Assembly: GCA_000708835.1 (NCBI GenBank)
Contig: DF236972.1
Coordinates: 124,001 to 188,000, forward strand
DNA from: Klebsormidium nitens
Taxonomy: Eukaryota > Plantae > Klebsormidiophyceae
Direction: 5' to 3'
Length of the DNA stretch: 64,000 bases
Shown here: positions 61,501 to 64,000 of the stretch, one piece after another
Numbering within the stretch: the first letter of the stretch is position 1
Layout of the letters: the number at the start of each line of letters is the position of its first letter
Translations under genes and position numbers: made by a program
Notes under the pieces: model-generated
Database searches by the model: none
What the model was told of the DNA's origin: nothing
The model's input: only the letters and a program-made list of their open reading frames with translations

Positions 61501-64000
61501 CATAAATAACTATTTTGCGTCGAAGGTGCCGAAATCAAATACAGGTACGGTCGAATGGTCCCCGAAAACGACATTGCTTTTGTTTTTCCTCGCAGCGGCA
61601 AAGGCGGGCTGCCCTTGACGCGGTTCGACGGAAAAAGGAGCACGAGCGCAAGTTGGCCGCCCAAGCGCTGCGGCGCAAGCAGGCCGAGCGTGCGCGCCAG
61701 GCAGAAGCTGCACGGAAGCCCCGAAGCAGCGGAACGCGGCCGGAATCCGGCGTCCGGAGGAGCTCGAGGCCGTCCGTTAGCAGCTTCATCGCGGCCAAAC
61801 GGAAGAAGGAAGCGTCCGAACGAAGCGTGCGGTCGTCCGAACGAGCGCTTAAGGCGTCCGAAGGAGCGCCCATAGCGTCGGACTCAGCTCATGTAATGTC
61901 CGACGATTTCGTGATGGAAGGCGGCGGTGGCACGCACACAGCAATCAATTGGACTGGCTATGGGATGGAGCGGATGAGTGTGAAAAGCCCGCCCCTGCGA
62001 GGGCAGCGTCCGGCAAACTGGCCGGACGGTCGCCGGAGCGTCCGAACCCAAGCGCCGGTCCCAGCACATCCGGAAGTGTCCGAAGAAGGGCCGTTCAGCG
62101 ACGGGAACCGGGGCGGGACGCGCCACGTCATCACCGAAGGGATCCCAGTCCACGCTGACGTCAGCGAAGCCAATCCGGCGGCGCCACAGGGCCGGCCGGG
62201 GACGGCGCCGAGCCGGATTGCGGGCACGTTCGTTCGGACGCTTGGGGCCGTCCGGACGGAGCGGTCCGAACGGCAGGGAGAGTTGCTGAGCCCATGGAGC
62301 GTGCCGAGCATCGAGGAGAGCCTGCTGTTCGATGGGACCTATGAGGAGGTGCCACGTGGCAGGAGCGGGAGGGCGCTCAGCGCTACCAAGATGCTGCAGT
62401 CGGACGGGCCCGTGGTGATGACGTGGCAGCGTCCGGAGCCGCGGCAGGGCGGATGGGTCGGGGGGTCGGAGTCCGAGATTGCAGAATCGGACGTCCGAAC
62501 GGGGGTGGAAAAGTTTCTGGCGGCGAAGCCACGGGTCAAGCGAAACGGAAAGCCGGTTAGGGGCCTGGTTAAGAAGGTTAGCGTGCCAAAAGAGGCGAGC
62601 TTTGCGTCCGACTTCGATGCGGACACGGAGAGCCTGACCCCGGACTCGGTCGTTGATGCTGCGTCCGAACCGGACCGGTTAAGGCGGCGGTTAGCGCGCA
62701 AACGGCGGGGCGCAAAATGGCCCCACGGGGAGGGTTGGGAGCGCGAGGTTTTGGCAAAGGCAGAAACTGACCGGCGGTTGGATGTGCTGAAGGAAATGGC
62801 GGCTCGGATCGCGAAGCGGCTGGAGGCGCTCGCGTTTTCCGGGGGGGAGGGTTCGCGGGCGGAACTAGCCCCCGAGATCGAGGCGATTGTTGGCCAGGCG
62901 GAGAAGCTGCTGAGGGGGGTCGATTCTAGGGGGAGGAATGGGGATGACGACCCCCCCGGCAAGGCGAAGAGGCCAAAGAAGAAGCGGAAGGGGCACAAGC
63001 GGGGGGTTTCGGAGTCGAGAGCTTTGGGAGGTCTAGGCAGCCCGCTTGCAAGCAAGCGGCTGAGTGCGAGTCCGGAAAAGACGGGTGCTCGTTCCAGGCG
63101 GAAATCAATTGAGGCAGCCGCCGAGAAGGGGCCGCGAACGGGTGCCAGATCCAGAGACGCGGCGCCAGCAGTTGCTGACGTCACGGTGACGTCACTGGCG
63201 GCGGCTTCGGAGCGGGCGTTCTCCGACGACGCCTCCCTCTTCAGTCCGGTGGGCGGGTCAGAGAATGCGCTCTCGGTGGGTGTGAACAGCGACAGGGCAC
63301 TCAGGCATAGCCCCAACGTGCAGACTGCCAGAGGCTTTTCACACCCGTTCCCTGAAATTGCTCGAACTCAAGAGGCAATGGTCACCGAGCAAGCTTCGGA
63401 GCAGGAGGGGTCAGAGAGCTCCGCTGCTGACGACTACGTGACGTCAGACGGTGATGAGGGTGATGACGTCATCGCGGACCTCGACGCCGAAATCCAACAA
63501 CTGCTCCAGCAGCGGAGGCTGGCTCCAGCGGCGCGCGTTGGTACTGATTCTGAATCGCCGACTGGGGCGGCCGAGCCTGCGGTGTTTAGAAACGGTGCCG
63601 GTAAGCCGTCAGCAGAGCAACGGTGGGCTTCGCTGGTTGGGACCGGAGAAAGAAGCGCGTCGGAAGGCTCGGAAGAGGAAATGGAAGAGGAGAGCTCGGA
63701 AGGGGAAGAGGGCGGCAGAGTGGCGCCGCTCGCTGATGTCAGCAAAGGCCCACGTGGGCTCGTACAGCCGACTGACGTCAGCAGGGGCGCCCAGGGGCTC
63801 CTTTCGGACCTGTACTCGGACTCTGAGGAAGATGATAAGTCGGATACAGGGCCGTCAAAATCGGCTGACGGGCTGACGTCACACACTCGCGGCGCTAGCG
63901 TCGGACAGATTCGTGTGTCGAAGAAGCCCGCTGGACAGGTGCCGGACGCTGACGTCTCTCGAGGGTCCGCTGACGTGAGCACGGAGCAGAAAAAGGTTAC
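55523..64000 (+). CDS. Very large low-complexity / coiled-coil protein, putatively CEP350/CCDC187-like; continues beyond the right edge
   Basis: Exons 55523-56291, 56836(or 56839)-58715, 59082-59211, 59713-60914, 61596->64000 splice in phase. The last exon appears open for about 800 codons to the window end and is missing from the ORF track because it has no stop. Junction reads RLDE|VRAFMIAQQKARKTQEAREREMRRAAEEERSKQLKAL; a second charged coil reads KARLAMMKEYGRQQ|RQRRAALDAVRRKKEHERKLAAQ. Confidence 0.75.

Noticed and set aside
62339-63982. Long minus-strand ORFs (325 aa and 182 aa)
   Set aside because: Antisense shadows of the GC-rich plus-strand exon 61596->64000.

Overview
Eukaryotic, intron-rich, GC-rich nuclear DNA with canonical GT-AG introns. 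Gene content (plant-type ABCB, group-1 LEA/Em, POB/LRB-like BTB, plant-type NAD-IDH, a putative centriolar protein) points to a streptophyte alga such as Klebsormidium; this is inference. All gene models were spliced by hand from GT/AG junctions and reading-frame phase. From left to right: (1) a full-size ABCB/MDR transporter on the minus strand, 20 exons visible, running off the left edge; (2) a LON substrate-binding-domain protein; (3) an Em-like LEA gene with an RY/G-box-rich upstream region; (4) an old inverted duplication, [cupin > BTB-BACK >] ... [< BTB-BACK < cupin]; (5) in the spacer of that duplication, an 8-exon gene the ORF track does not reveal, encoding an EVH1/WH1-like domain, a basic stretch, a CRIB motif and a Pro-rich tail, i.e. 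WASP-like architecture without a VCA; (6) the catalytic subunit of mitochondrial NAD-IDH; (7) a very large low-complexity/coiled-coil protein with a CEP350/CCDC187-like motif running off the right edge. A recurring oddity is that at least seven introns in three genes contain degenerate tandem copies of the adjacent exon-intron junction, many with intact AG or GT. No rRNA, intact tRNA, CRISPR array or intact transposase was found.
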